Shown here piece by piece: positions 8,351 through 17,312 of a stretch of DNA of 53,267 nucleotides. The stretch lies in IMG/VR virus record IMGVR_UViG_3300043409_000116, positions 1-53,267 of that record, one strand, 5' to 3'. Both the position numbers and the translations under genes were made by a program. The notes beneath the pieces were generated by a model. That model saw only the letters and a program-made list of their open reading frames with translations. It was not told the origin of the DNA and did no database searches. Position 1 is the stretch's first letter. Every line of letters begins with the position of its first letter. The DNA is from a virus. Taxonomy: Duplodnaviria; Caudoviricetes.

Positions 8351-9649
8351 ATGGCCTATACAGCAGATCAAATTGCAGAAGCAATTCGAGTATCCAAAGA
8401 GCAGGGTTTCAATGAAGCTGACATTCTCAAAGGACTTGCCAGTTATGGCGTCACGGCACAACAGGCGGCTGCTGCTTTAGCACCACCAGTAAGCTACACG
8501 CCTGCTCAAGTTACTCAGGCAATTGCAAGCTCCAGGGCAGCAGGGTTCAGCGATGCTGACATTGCCACTGGACTTGAGCGTTACCGGGTGCCTGTGGCAC
8601 AAACTGCTGGTGCCTTTACGCCAGCAGCAACAACCTATACGCCAGCTCAAGTTACTCAGGCCATTGAAACCTCTAGGGCGCAAGGGTTCAGTGATGCTGA
8701 CATTGGCACAGGACTGCAGCGTTACCTGCCAACTCCTGCCGCTGTCACCACGGCTCTGACGGCTAACCCAAGGCCAGCTACAACCCAAACACCGTTTGCT
8801 CCAATTGTTAGGCCAACTGCGCCAAGGCCGCCAACCTACACCCAGGCAACACCTGCATCGTTCACGCAAACAGCCATTGCCAATACGCCTTACCAAACTG
8901 TCTACACGCCTTCGACAATGCAGCAGGCAACTGACGCGCAGATTCAAGCGGCAATGCAAACCTCAAACCCATATCAATCGCTGATGTCCCTGACGCCACA
9001 GCGCACGATGCCAATGAGCTATGCAGGACCAGCAGGCGTCACACCAGCCAACACCAACCTTGGTGGCTTTGACGCCAGCATCTACAACCCGGCGGCGGCT
9101 ACTGGGCTGCTCACAACACCTAGCGCTGGTGTAGGCGGTGCTGGTGGTGTACCAGGCGGTGCTGAACGTGGAGCTGGCAATACTGCTGATGGTACTGGTC
9201 AAACTGCATATGGAATGCTTGGCAATTTGGCTGGAGAGGCTAATCGAAGAGGGTTTACTGGCCTCGGCGGTTTCTTAGCGTCTGGAATACCAGTTGGCGC
9301 AGAGTACAACAGAAGAAATTTAGACACAGGACTTATGGAAAAAGGAACTGTGACATTAGCTGATTTAGCTGCTCTTAGCAGCTATGGTGGTCAACCCGAA
9401 GGTTTTACAGGCGCAGATACTTTAGGTGGATTTGGACCAGCTACTAGCGGTGGAATGGCTAAAGGCGGTATGGTCAACATGAAACCCCAAATGCATAACC
9501 CACCTGGTCCTGATGATGGCTATGCTGCCCTGGACAACGGCGAGTACGTCATTCGCAAGAGTGCAGTCAAGAAGTACGGCGCAAACATTTTCGAGCAAAT
9601 CAACGCAGGACGAATCCCAGCCCAGCGTCTGAAATCTTTGTTGGAGTAA
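8351..9649 (+). CDS. Putative internal virion/ejection protein 1, allele A (3 N-terminal helical repeats)
   Basis: 3x YT..Q...AI..S...GF..ADI..GL..Y; C-terminal AKGG.V...GPDD..A.L.NGEYV motif shared with allele B. Confidence 0.65.
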   Translation: MAYTADQIAEAIRVSKEQGFNEADILKGLASYGVTAQQAAAALAPPVSYTPAQVTQAIASSRAAGFSDADIATGLERYRVPVAQTAGAFTPAATTYTPAQVTQAIETSRAQGFSDADIGTGLQRYLPTPAAVTTALTANPRPATTQTPFAPIVRPTAPRPPTYTQATPASFTQTAIANTPYQTVYTPSTMQQATDAQIQAAMQTSNPYQSLMSLTPQRTMPMSYAGPAGVTPANTNLGGFDASIYNPAAATGLLTTPSAGVGGAGGVPGGAERGAGNTADGTGQTAYGMLGNLAGEANRRGFTGLGGFLASGIPVGAEYNRRNLDTGLMEKGTVTLADLAALSSYGGQPEGFTGADTLGGFGPATSGGMAKGGMVNMKPQMHNPPGPDDGYAALDNGEYVIRKSAVKKYGANIFEQINAGRIPAQRLKSLLE

Positions 9650-9653
9650 AAAC

Positions 9654-10805
9654 ATGAGCAAAAGCGGCGGCAGCCAAACCAGCACAACATCAATTGACCC
9701 GCAGATCAAGCAAGCCTACCTGCAGAACTTGCAGCAGGCGCAAGGCGTAGCCTCGGCATTGCCTGTCAGAGAGTTTGCGGGATTCAACCCCATTTACCGC
9801 GCTGGTGAGCAGCAACTGGTGAACACTGGCCTGGCTGGGCGTGGCATTGACACTACCAACATTGCAGCCGAGTACGCCAACCAGGCAGCGCAGTTCCAGC
9901 CGTACTACACGGGCAATGTCAATGCCGGGATGTCCAACCAGTTTGGTGCTGTCGGCTACACGCCAACTGATGTCACATCAGCTCAGGCCAAGATGAGCGA
10001 CATCAGCAACTACATGAACCCCTACACCAGCCAGGTGATCGGCGGCTATGACGCTGCAACCGGGAAATCCACTGGTGTCCTGGGTGACATTGAGGCCGCA
10101 CGGCAGGCGGCTGTGCAGCAGATGGGTGAGGCTGCAACCAGGGCCAAGGCGTATGGCGGCACACGCCAGGGGGTTGCAACAGCCGCCACCAACCAAGCCT
10201 ATGCTGATAAGGCAGCGCAGATGTCAGCGCAGCTCCGACAGCAAGGGTTTGACACCTCTGCCAACCTGATGCAGCAAGACCTAAATCGTGCCCAGCAAGC
10301 TGCTCTGCAGACAGCGCAGCAAGGCACTGGTGCCATGCAGTTTGGCGCTGCTGCAACCAACCAGGCCATGATGCAGAACGCAGCAGCGCAGAACGAGATG
10401 GCACGCTACAACGCATCAATTGCCCAGCAGAGCGATCTTGCCAACCAGCAAGCCTACGCTGCCGCCAATGCACAGCGGCTGGCCGCTGCAGGCCAGCTAG
10501 GTGCCTTTGGGCAGCAGCAACAGAACCTTGGTCTTGGCGGCGCACAGGCCGTGATGGGCGCAGGACAAGCACAGCAGCAATTTACTCAGCAGCAGCTGGA
10601 TGCACTGCGCGGGATTGGCGTTGAGAAATTGGGCATTGCTCAGTCTGGATTGTCAGCATCACTGCCCAACCTTGGTCAGACTGCTACACAACCAACCTAC
10701 AAGAACCCACTGGCGTCAGCGGCTGGCGGTGCTGGATACGGTTACCAATTTGGTGGACCTACTGGGGCGGCTATTGGCGCGTTCTTGGGTTTGCTTAGCA
10801 GCTAA
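9654..10805 (+). CDS. Putative DNA ejection protein 2 (P22 gp7-like), allele A
   Basis: Q/A-rich, MSKSGG start, Gly-rich hydrophobic C-terminus. Confidence 0.65.
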   Translation: MSKSGGSQTSTTSIDPQIKQAYLQNLQQAQGVASALPVREFAGFNPIYRAGEQQLVNTGLAGRGIDTTNIAAEYANQAAQFQPYYTGNVNAGMSNQFGAVGYTPTDVTSAQAKMSDISNYMNPYTSQVIGGYDAATGKSTGVLGDIEAARQAAVQQMGEAATRAKAYGGTRQGVATAATNQAYADKAAQMSAQLRQQGFDTSANLMQQDLNRAQQAALQTAQQGTGAMQFGAAATNQAMMQNAAAQNEMARYNASIAQQSDLANQQAYAAANAQRLAAAGQLGAFGQQQQNLGLGGAQAVMGAGQAQQQFTQQQLDALRGIGVEKLGIAQSGLSASLPNLGQTATQPTYKNPLASAAGGAGYGYQFGGPTGAAIGAFLGLLSS

Positions 10806-10818
10806 CGGAGAATCAATC

Positions 10819-12336
10819 ATGGCTGACTTTAATTTAGAAGGACTGCTGGGCAACGTCTTTGGCGGCGGTGGCGGTAACTACCTGGACGAGTACCTGACGG
10901 AAGATCAAAGGCGAATGATGCAGCGCAACGCAATGCTGGCAGCGTCTGCAGCCTTGCTCAAGGCTGGCGGGGAAAGCACCAGGCGCATAGGCATTGGCGA
11001 GGCACTGGGTGGAGCGTTTGAGGCAGGACAAGCCGGGTACGAGAAAGCGCAGACGGGTGCATTGACCCAGATGGCGCTGAAGCAGAAGTTGAAAGACGCA
11101 GAAACGGAAAGAGCAACCAAACTTGCGTTTAAAAACTTTTTAACCCAACAGGGTGGAGGGGCTGCGCCGCCAGCAGTTGACGCCGCGCCCCCCACGGTTA
11201 CTCAAACAAACCTAAATGCAACGGGGCCGCAAGTGCCTCCTAGCTTGGCAGCGCCAGCACCTAGCAGACAAACTAATCTTTCTCAGAACCAGCTTCAGTT
11301 GTTATCCATGATGGACATGAAAACAGCAATACCTGAGTTAATGAAATCCATGCAACAGCCTAAAACGGCTGGCGATCCATTTAGGGGCGCGGACGGGAAA
11401 ATTTACATCAGAACTGAATATGGTGGAGCTATCCCGTTCACTACAGGAATGGCACCCAAGCCCGTTGGGCAACCGCAAGCAGTGATGATGGACGGCAAGC
11501 CAACTTTAGTGCAAGGGTTTGACGATGGCTCAGAAAAAATACTTTCTGATCGACAGCCCTACGAAGCACTGTCATCAGATATACGGGCTGTAGAATATCT
11601 CAAAGGAGCGCCGCTTGGAGGAACAGGCCAAACAGGAATCCAACAGGTAGGCCAATATCGTCAACAAATTGCGCCGAGAACTGATGTCAGAGTAGGTGGC
11701 CCAATACTAGAGAATGCTGAACAAAAAGGCATGGGCGAATTCAACATAGAAACATTTAAAAACGTAAGCACTGCAGCGGGTTTAGCACAAAAGACTTTGC
11801 CGTCTTTGGATATTCAGTCTCAAATTCTTAACAAAGGATTTACAACTGGTTTTGGTACGGAAGTTCAAAAAGCAGGAGCATCAGTATTGGCTGCGCTAGG
11901 TGTTCCAGAGGCAAATAGATTTGCTACCGACGCGCAAACATTTTTGGCCGCTACTCAGCAAGCTGTGCTACAAAAACAGCTTGAGCAGAAAGGACCGCAA
12001 ACTGAGGCTGACTCTAGACGTGTCACGCAAACCGGCGCTCAGTTAGGCAATACGGTAGACGCCAACCGATTCCTTATTGATGTTGCTAGAGAGCAACTTA
12101 AACGCGATATCGAACGCAAGACATTTTTGGAAAGCTGGTGGAACACAAACAAAACGCTTCGGGGTGCTGATGATGCTTGGTACACAGGCGCTGGCGGTCA
12201 ATCGCTGTTTGATAGACCGGGGCTTAAAAAGTACGTTGCGTCAACAGCGGCAAATCAAATACCAACCGACGCTCCCGTATTGACGCCTGCTCAACAAGCA
12301 GAATTAGACAACCTCCGTAAAAGATTTAAGAGGTAA
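10819..12336 (+). CDS. Putative ejection protein 3, allele A (505 aa)
   Basis: GGAG RBS before ATG 10819; N-terminal ~90 aa shared with 49037..50368. Confidence 0.65.
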   Translation: MADFNLEGLLGNVFGGGGGNYLDEYLTEDQRRMMQRNAMLAASAALLKAGGESTRRIGIGEALGGAFEAGQAGYEKAQTGALTQMALKQKLKDAETERATKLAFKNFLTQQGGGAAPPAVDAAPPTVTQTNLNATGPQVPPSLAAPAPSRQTNLSQNQLQLLSMMDMKTAIPELMKSMQQPKTAGDPFRGADGKIYIRTEYGGAIPFTTGMAPKPVGQPQAVMMDGKPTLVQGFDDGSEKILSDRQPYEALSSDIRAVEYLKGAPLGGTGQTGIQQVGQYRQQIAPRTDVRVGGPILENAEQKGMGEFNIETFKNVSTAAGLAQKTLPSLDIQSQILNKGFTTGFGTEVQKAGASVLAALGVPEANRFATDAQTFLAATQQAVLQKQLEQKGPQTEADSRRVTQTGAQLGNTVDANRFLIDVAREQLKRDIERKTFLESWWNTNKTLRGADDAWYTGAGGQSLFDRPGLKKYVASTAANQIPTDAPVLTPAQQAELDNLRKRFKR

Positions 12337-12341
12337 AAATA

Positions 12342-14777
12342 ATGGACCCGCTTGAAGAACTAACGGCACTGCGGCGGCTGGCTGAATTGGAGGATATGGC
12401 CTCTGGGCAAACTGTTGCGCCAAGTCTTATGACGCAACTAGGCCGAGGCGCAGCGTCTTTGGCTGACGTTACCCTTGGCAGTTTGATCCCCGGCGCGGTG
12501 CAGTTTGGAGCCTATCCATTAGCCCGAATGGGCCGGTCGCCAGAAGAAGCACAAGCAGCGGCAAAAAGAATTGCCGCGCCTTTTGAACAGCCGTTTGGTA
12601 GGACGTTTGGTGTTACCGAGACTCCTCAGTACCAACAGGAAAGTAGCCGTCAACTGATGGATTTCATTGGGCAAAATTTCCAGAAGGGTGCTAAATTTAT
12701 TTCTGAAAAAACAGGCTTGCCCCAGGCAGACGTTGAAAACATGATCGGCAGCGCCACTATCGCGGCGCCTAAAGTTGCTCAAGCTGCACAGCCCTATGTT
12801 GCGCCGGTCATAGAGCAAGCCGCCATTGGCGCAAGACTACCCTTTGCCGACCGACTCCAAGCAAGAGCAGAAGCGGCTTCGGCAAGAGACTACGCCCGTG
12901 GCCCTCAAATTGATGCTGCAGCTAACGCGCAGCGGCTCAAACTTGCCATTGACCCGTCCAACATTGAGCCGTCAGTATCTTCTAGGCTTTACTCGGGTAT
13001 GGCCGGGCCTCGCGGTCCAGAAGCATTAGCGGCGGCTAACCGTCCTCGCGTAAATGAAATTGCGATAAATGAACTGGGCCTTGACCCGACTACGCCATTG
13101 ACCAGCACCGCCCCATACAAACAAGCGCGTGCTAACTTAGCTGGGCCGTACGAAGAAGTAAAAAAACTTTCTGTATTGACGCCTGATCAAACAACTATTG
13201 CAAACTTAAACGGCATTCGTAAAAACGAAAAAATAATTGGCGGCGAAGGCGTCCTCAAGAAAGTAAACAAATTAGTAGATGATGCCGTAGCTAAAACGCA
13301 ATCTGGATTGACAGGGGCTGAGTTATTAGAAAACGTGCGGACGCTGCGCGCCGACGCTAAAAAGATTTATAACAGCCCAAGTGCTACGCCAAAGCAAACG
13401 TCTGTTGCTGACGCAAATTTAGCCATAGCAACAGAATTAGAGACGATGATCGACTCTAATATTTCCAACCCTAAATTGTTGGGGGAATGGCGCGACGCCC
13501 GTCAAAAGATGGCGCGCACATATGCGTATGAGGGTGTGACTGACTTTAATACCGGCATGATAGACGTAGCTAAACTGGCGCGAATCACATCTAAAGACAA
13601 CGCGCTTACCGGGGATATCGCCGCGCTAGGCAAAATTGCTGGTAACTTCCCTGAGGCGTTTACAACTCAAGCAGCGTCAAAATTTTATGAGCTACCCCGG
13701 GCCACTAGGTCTGGTTTAGCTGGCGGCGCAGGCGCGTTGCTTGGCGCAAGCGTAGCCCCACTCCTTGACCTAACCGGCATAACTGGGTCTATTCTCGGCG
13801 GCGTGGGAGGCGGTTTGTTAGGTGAGTTCGGTGGGAAAATGGCCGCTAACCGCATGGCAAACCCCAACTACCAAGCTGGGCTAAAACTAAGCGACATGCG
13901 TATTCCGGTCAATCAAATGGCGGCAACGGTTGCGCCCATTCCACAGAGCCGCGCTGTTGTGCCGTACCAAGCCCCGGTTGAAGTGCTGCAGCCAGGTGAG
14001 GGTACTTACTTCCCAGATTTTGTCATGCGCCCAGGTGGCCCCGGCCCCCTTACTACTCCCGGCGTTGCGCCTGGGCCTGCCCAGCTAGGACTGTCTCAAG
14101 GCCCGGTCGGTGGTCAAATGGGCGCCCTGCGCATGGAGGACGCCCGTGCTAGAGATTTGAGTATGCAGCAGGGCGCACAAGCTGAACTCCAGCAGGCAGC
14201 GGCGGCGGCTGCAGCACGGCAACCCACAGGCATGGGCGCAGTGTTAGATTTTGACCCCATCACCGGCACGTACAAGGTCGGCGGGGCCGGTGTTAAGGGC
14301 GCGACACCAGAAATCTTCATGGAGAATTTAGGCAAGTCGTTAGCGACCGCCACTGAAAAAGTTGCTGCTGGAAAATTGTTTGACCTGACAGCGGCTGAAA
14401 AAGTAGCTTTTGACAAAACCAAGATAGACCTTGCTACCGCTGCGCCAGAACTTAAAAAGTTGACTAACAAAGACATTGCGTCAAAAATGATGGACCGGCA
14501 ATGGATTGAAGAGACAATTTTAAAAGCCCAACAAAAAGCGCAAGGGTATGATGACCTTGCCGTTCGCGGTGCTACCGATACAATTCGCCGCGAGGCTGCA
14601 AAAGAAAGAGAAAAAATGCAAGCCGGGCTAGACGCGCTAGAAGAGAAGTTGCGTCAAAGCAGGCCAGTGTCTGGCACTGGACAAGGCCCAAAAACTAGGG
14701 CGTTTAGGTCTAGTCAAATGTTGCCGCCAGAGATCACTAACGCGATGGACATGTTAAGCGGTTTACCGCGCCGATAA
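12342..14777 (+). CDS. Putative large ejection protein 4, allele A (811 aa)
   Basis: Ala-rich helical protein with Gly-rich hydrophobic segment; last large gene of virion operon. Confidence 0.6.
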   Translation: MDPLEELTALRRLAELEDMASGQTVAPSLMTQLGRGAASLADVTLGSLIPGAVQFGAYPLARMGRSPEEAQAAAKRIAAPFEQPFGRTFGVTETPQYQQESSRQLMDFIGQNFQKGAKFISEKTGLPQADVENMIGSATIAAPKVAQAAQPYVAPVIEQAAIGARLPFADRLQARAEAASARDYARGPQIDAAANAQRLKLAIDPSNIEPSVSSRLYSGMAGPRGPEALAAANRPRVNEIAINELGLDPTTPLTSTAPYKQARANLAGPYEEVKKLSVLTPDQTTIANLNGIRKNEKIIGGEGVLKKVNKLVDDAVAKTQSGLTGAELLENVRTLRADAKKIYNSPSATPKQTSVADANLAIATELETMIDSNISNPKLLGEWRDARQKMARTYAYEGVTDFNTGMIDVAKLARITSKDNALTGDIAALGKIAGNFPEAFTTQAASKFYELPRATRSGLAGGAGALLGASVAPLLDLTGITGSILGGVGGGLLGEFGGKMAANRMANPNYQAGLKLSDMRIPVNQMAATVAPIPQSRAVVPYQAPVEVLQPGEGTYFPDFVMRPGGPGPLTTPGVAPGPAQLGLSQGPVGGQMGALRMEDARARDLSMQQGAQAELQQAAAAAAARQPTGMGAVLDFDPITGTYKVGGAGVKGATPEIFMENLGKSLATATEKVAAGKLFDLTAAEKVAFDKTKIDLATAAPELKKLTNKDIASKMMDRQWIEETILKAQQKAQGYDDLAVRGATDTIRREAAKEREKMQAGLDALEEKLRQSRPVSGTGQGPKTRAFRSSQMLPPEITNAMDMLSGLPRR

Positions 14778-14794
14778 CTTTTGAAGGAACCACA

Positions 14795-15109
14795 ATGAGC
14801 AAACTCTCTCGGGACGACAACGGTCAGATCACAATCTTTGGCGCACTTGGCACCACCCAGGTGATGACGGTCACAGCCACCAGCGTGCAGTCCACGGCAG
14901 TGGCAACTGGCGTCACCATACTGCGCCTGGCGAATGGCTCTGCAGCGCACTGCCACTTTGCCATTGGCTCTAACCCTACCGCCAGCATCACAACCTCGCC
15001 AATGCTGCCAGCAAATGCCGTGGAGTACGTGGCCTGCGCCTCTGGTGACAAGGTGGCTGTCATTCGTGGCGCTACTGCCACCGATGTGTCAATCACGCAG
15101 ATTTCGTAG
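14795..15109 (+). CDS. Small beta-rich putative virion protein (104 aa)
   Basis: AAGGA RBS; homolog at 52589..52903. Confidence 0.65.
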   Translation: MSKLSRDDNGQITIFGALGTTQVMTVTATSVQSTAVATGVTILRLANGSAAHCHFAIGSNPTASITTSPMLPANAVEYVACASGDKVAVIRGATATDVSITQIS

Positions 15110-15247
15110 CCGGTACGCCTCAATGGCGTCCTTGAGGTCGCCGCGCAGTTGCTCAAGCTGGTCCTGCTGCTGCTGGAGCCGCAGGTAAGCCTCAAGTGCG
15201 AACTTGTCCAGAGTCGCCCGGTCCCAAGTGCTAAAGGTAGGCGTCAT
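15089..15247 (-). CDS. Hypothetical coiled-coil protein (52 aa), absent from copy 2
   Basis: ATG overlaps upstream TGA. Confidence 0.6.
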   Translation of the reverse strand: MTPTFSTWDRATLDKFALEAYLRLQQQQDQLEQLRGDLKDAIEAYRLRNLRD

Positions 15248-15471
15248 GGGTGTGGGCAATCCTCTGGCACAAACGCCAGGCAGTGGACACCAGCGTACTT
15301 GGTAGCGGTACGCACCCACCTGTCAATGTAAGTATCTGGCATCAAGGCCAGGCTGCGACTGATGGCTGATGGCTGGGCATTGAGCGCAAGAGCCAGCTCA
15401 CTGGCTGTCATGCCATCAGGCGCTGCAGCCAGGGCGTCCCTGATGCGTTTACTCATCACTGTGATTGTCAT
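15244..15471 (-). CDS. Putative HTH DNA-binding protein (75 aa)
   Basis: GMTASELALAL....SAISRSL HTH pattern; homolog at 52900..53127. Confidence 0.65.
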   Translation of the reverse strand: MTITVMSKRIRDALAAAPDGMTASELALALNAQPSAISRSLALMPDTYIDRWVRTATKYAGVHCLAFVPEDCPHP

Positions 15472-15959
15472 GCGTTGCGCCTCCTGAGTTGATTTGCTGC
15501 CCATGCAGCGCCTTGATCGAAAGTGTCTAAGGATGTTCCTTTACTATCCTTAACATACTCCCAATCCTTATCCGTCAGCCCCTGCCACGGGCGCTGTGCT
15601 GCAAAGTGGTCAGCCAACTCCCGCGCCCGGTGCTTGTTGATGCCCTCGCGGACTAGGGTAGCCACTATCATGTCACGCCACTGGGTTGGCTCTGGCTGTG
15701 CTACTGGCACTGGCAATGCCTTCGTATCCCCGCAGTCTTTGTAATGACACGCATCACCATCTTGACAGGGGCATCGCGGGTCTTTTCCGACGCATGGCTC
15801 GGCTTGCTGCTCCTGCTCTATCTCTTGCCCAAGCCGCGCCAATTCGTGCATAGCGTGTTCACGCTCCAGTGCTTCGCGCAAAATGGTAATGGCTTTGTTG
15901 GGTTTGCCGTATTGCAACGCCTCCAGCGCCTGCTGCATGGTTTCTCTGTTAGTCATCAC
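15468..15959 (-). CDS. Hypothetical mosaic protein with CPC..GDACH segment
   Basis: ORF track, start trimmed to overlap with upstream stop; C-terminal QRPWQGLT shared with partial ORF at window end. Confidence 0.6.
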   Translation of the reverse strand: MMTNRETMQQALEALQYGKPNKAITILREALEREHAMHELARLGQEIEQEQQAEPCVGKDPRCPCQDGDACHYKDCGDTKALPVPVAQPEPTQWRDMIVATLVREGINKHRARELADHFAAQRPWQGLTDKDWEYVKDSKGTSLDTFDQGAAWAANQLRRRNA

Positions 15960-16309
15960 ATCCCCTCGTCGGCCAGTGCTTCGGCCAAGATTAATAAAAA
16001 CAGCGAGTGCGTCAGCCCGTTGCATCGCAGTACCTCAAGCAACTCATTCTCGCTTGAGGCAAAAATCGTAAACCCAAAATGAGGGAGGTTAACTCCCTTG
16101 TGATCAATTGTTTTGGGCTGCTTTGACATCTCCCGCAGCGCCGTGCTGATCGGGCCGTACTGGAGATGCGCGTCATTGGGGTGGATGCGGTAATAGCGCA
16201 TATCGTCAACCAAAACAAGTTGTCCGGTTGCTTGCCACGAGTCTCCTGAGTCCACCCATTTCGTTTGTATCCTCGCCCCTCTCGCGGCAGCGTGTAGTAG
16301 TCGGCTCAT
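15956..16309 (-). CDS. Hypothetical protein
   Basis: 117 aa, coupled overlaps at both ends. Confidence 0.6.
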   Translation of the reverse strand: MSRLLHAAARGARIQTKWVDSGDSWQATGQLVLVDDMRYYRIHPNDAHLQYGPISTALREMSKQPKTIDHKGVNLPHFGFTIFASSENELLEVLRCNGLTHSLFLLILAEALADEGM

Positions 16310-16524
16310 GTGTTTCCCCTTGCTCTGATGGCGGCGGCAAAATGCAGTCGTGACGGGTAACGCACATGGCTTTCACACAGCTTTGCACATTCTTCGCGCT
16401 CGGCAGCAGCGACAAGGTTGGCAAAGGCTTCAAGGTAGTGGATAAACTTCTTTCTGTCCTTGCCCATGCCGTAATACGACAGACCGGAGGCGTCTGCCAT
16501 GAGGATAATTTCATCTTTGGTCAT
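16306..16524 (-). CDS. Hypothetical protein (AAAEREECAKLCE...AAAIRARG family)
   Basis: 72 aa, RBS AAGGAG. Confidence 0.65.
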   Translation of the reverse strand: MTKDEIILMADASGLSYYGMGKDRKKFIHYLEAFANLVAAAEREECAKLCESHVRYPSRLHFAAAIRARGNT

Positions 16525-16666
16525 TCAGTATCTCCTTCTCAAGCACTGCCACCGCAGCGTCAATCTGCCCAAACAAATAGTCGGGCAGCGTTGCCCTATG
16601 GATAGACATTGCGCTCTCAATCGCTGAGAGAAGCTTGAGTAAATTCAACATTTCTTGCTTAGTCAT
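16511..16666 (-). CDS. Hypothetical protein (51 aa, MTKQEMLNLLKLL...)
   Basis: Translated by hand; fills operon gap. Confidence 0.55.
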   Translation of the reverse strand: MTKQEMLNLLKLLSAIESAMSIHRATLPDYLFGQIDAAVAVLEKEILNDQR

Positions 16667-16785
16667 AGCATTCCCCACAAGTAACCCGCCAGCCCTGCAA
16701 CGCCAACCAGGGCAAACAGCGCCAGGATGCAGGTGGCAATCAGGTGCATCCAGTTCGCCAATTCATAGTCTTCGTTGTCGTTCAC
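16663..16785 (-). CDS. Small membrane protein (40 aa)
   Basis: Translated by hand; GTG start overlapping upstream stop, single TM. Confidence 0.55.
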   Translation of the reverse strand: MNDNEDYELANWMHLIATCILALFALVGVAGLAGYLWGML

Positions 16786-16991
16786 AATGTCACCTTCCGA
16801 GTTTTGAATCCTCGGTGCGTGTAGCACTGCACCGACCCGTCTGCCAGCAGCTTCCAGGCTGCGTTCTCACCGCACATCTTTTGAATCTTTTCCTCTGCTG
16901 TGTCCACCCTGGCGTCATGCTCAGAGGGACCGTCCAGCAGGTAAGCTGCCGACATGACCAAGGCCACCAGCCCTGCCGCCAGCCAGTTCAT
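16782..16991 (-). CDS. Small membrane-anchored protein (69 aa)
   Basis: N-terminal hydrophobic helix, Cys pair. Confidence 0.6.
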   Translation of the reverse strand: MNWLAAGLVALVMSAAYLLDGPSEHDARVDTAEEKIQKMCGENAAWKLLADGSVQCYTHRGFKTRKVTL

Positions 16992-17176
16992 GGTTGCCTC
17001 CCAAACTTGAGCAGCTCCAGCCGTTCCCGGCTGGTGCGTAGGGTGCAGTAGCGTTGGTGGATGCGCTCCAGCATCTTCACGCGCTTGTGCACCAGCTTCT
17101 CCTCCTCCAACATAGCCAGCAGTTGCTCCTCGCTGTACTCGTTAGCTTCCTGATGAAATTTTCTCCAGCTCTTCAA
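16988..17176 (-). CDS. Hypothetical protein (62 aa)
   Basis: TTG start, operon continuity. Confidence 0.55.
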   Translation of the reverse strand: MKSWRKFHQEANEYSEEQLLAMLEEEKLVHKRVKMLERIHQRYCTLRTSRERLELLKFGRQP

Positions 17177-17312
17177 TTCTCTTCTCCAGTTCGGCGATGT
17201 GGGCCACCACCTTGTTGTAGACCCGAGACGCGCTGTTGTGCGTCCGGGTGCGGATGATGAGTTCAGCCTGCGCTGCCCTCAGTCTTGCCTTCAGTTGTGT
17301 GAGTCGGGTCAC
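17142..17312 (-). CDS. Hypothetical coiled-coil protein (56 aa)
   Basis: Translated by hand; GTG overlaps helicase stop. Confidence 0.55.
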   Translation of the reverse strand: MTRLTQLKARLRAAQAELIIRTRTHNSASRVYNKVVAHIAELEKRIEELEKISSGS

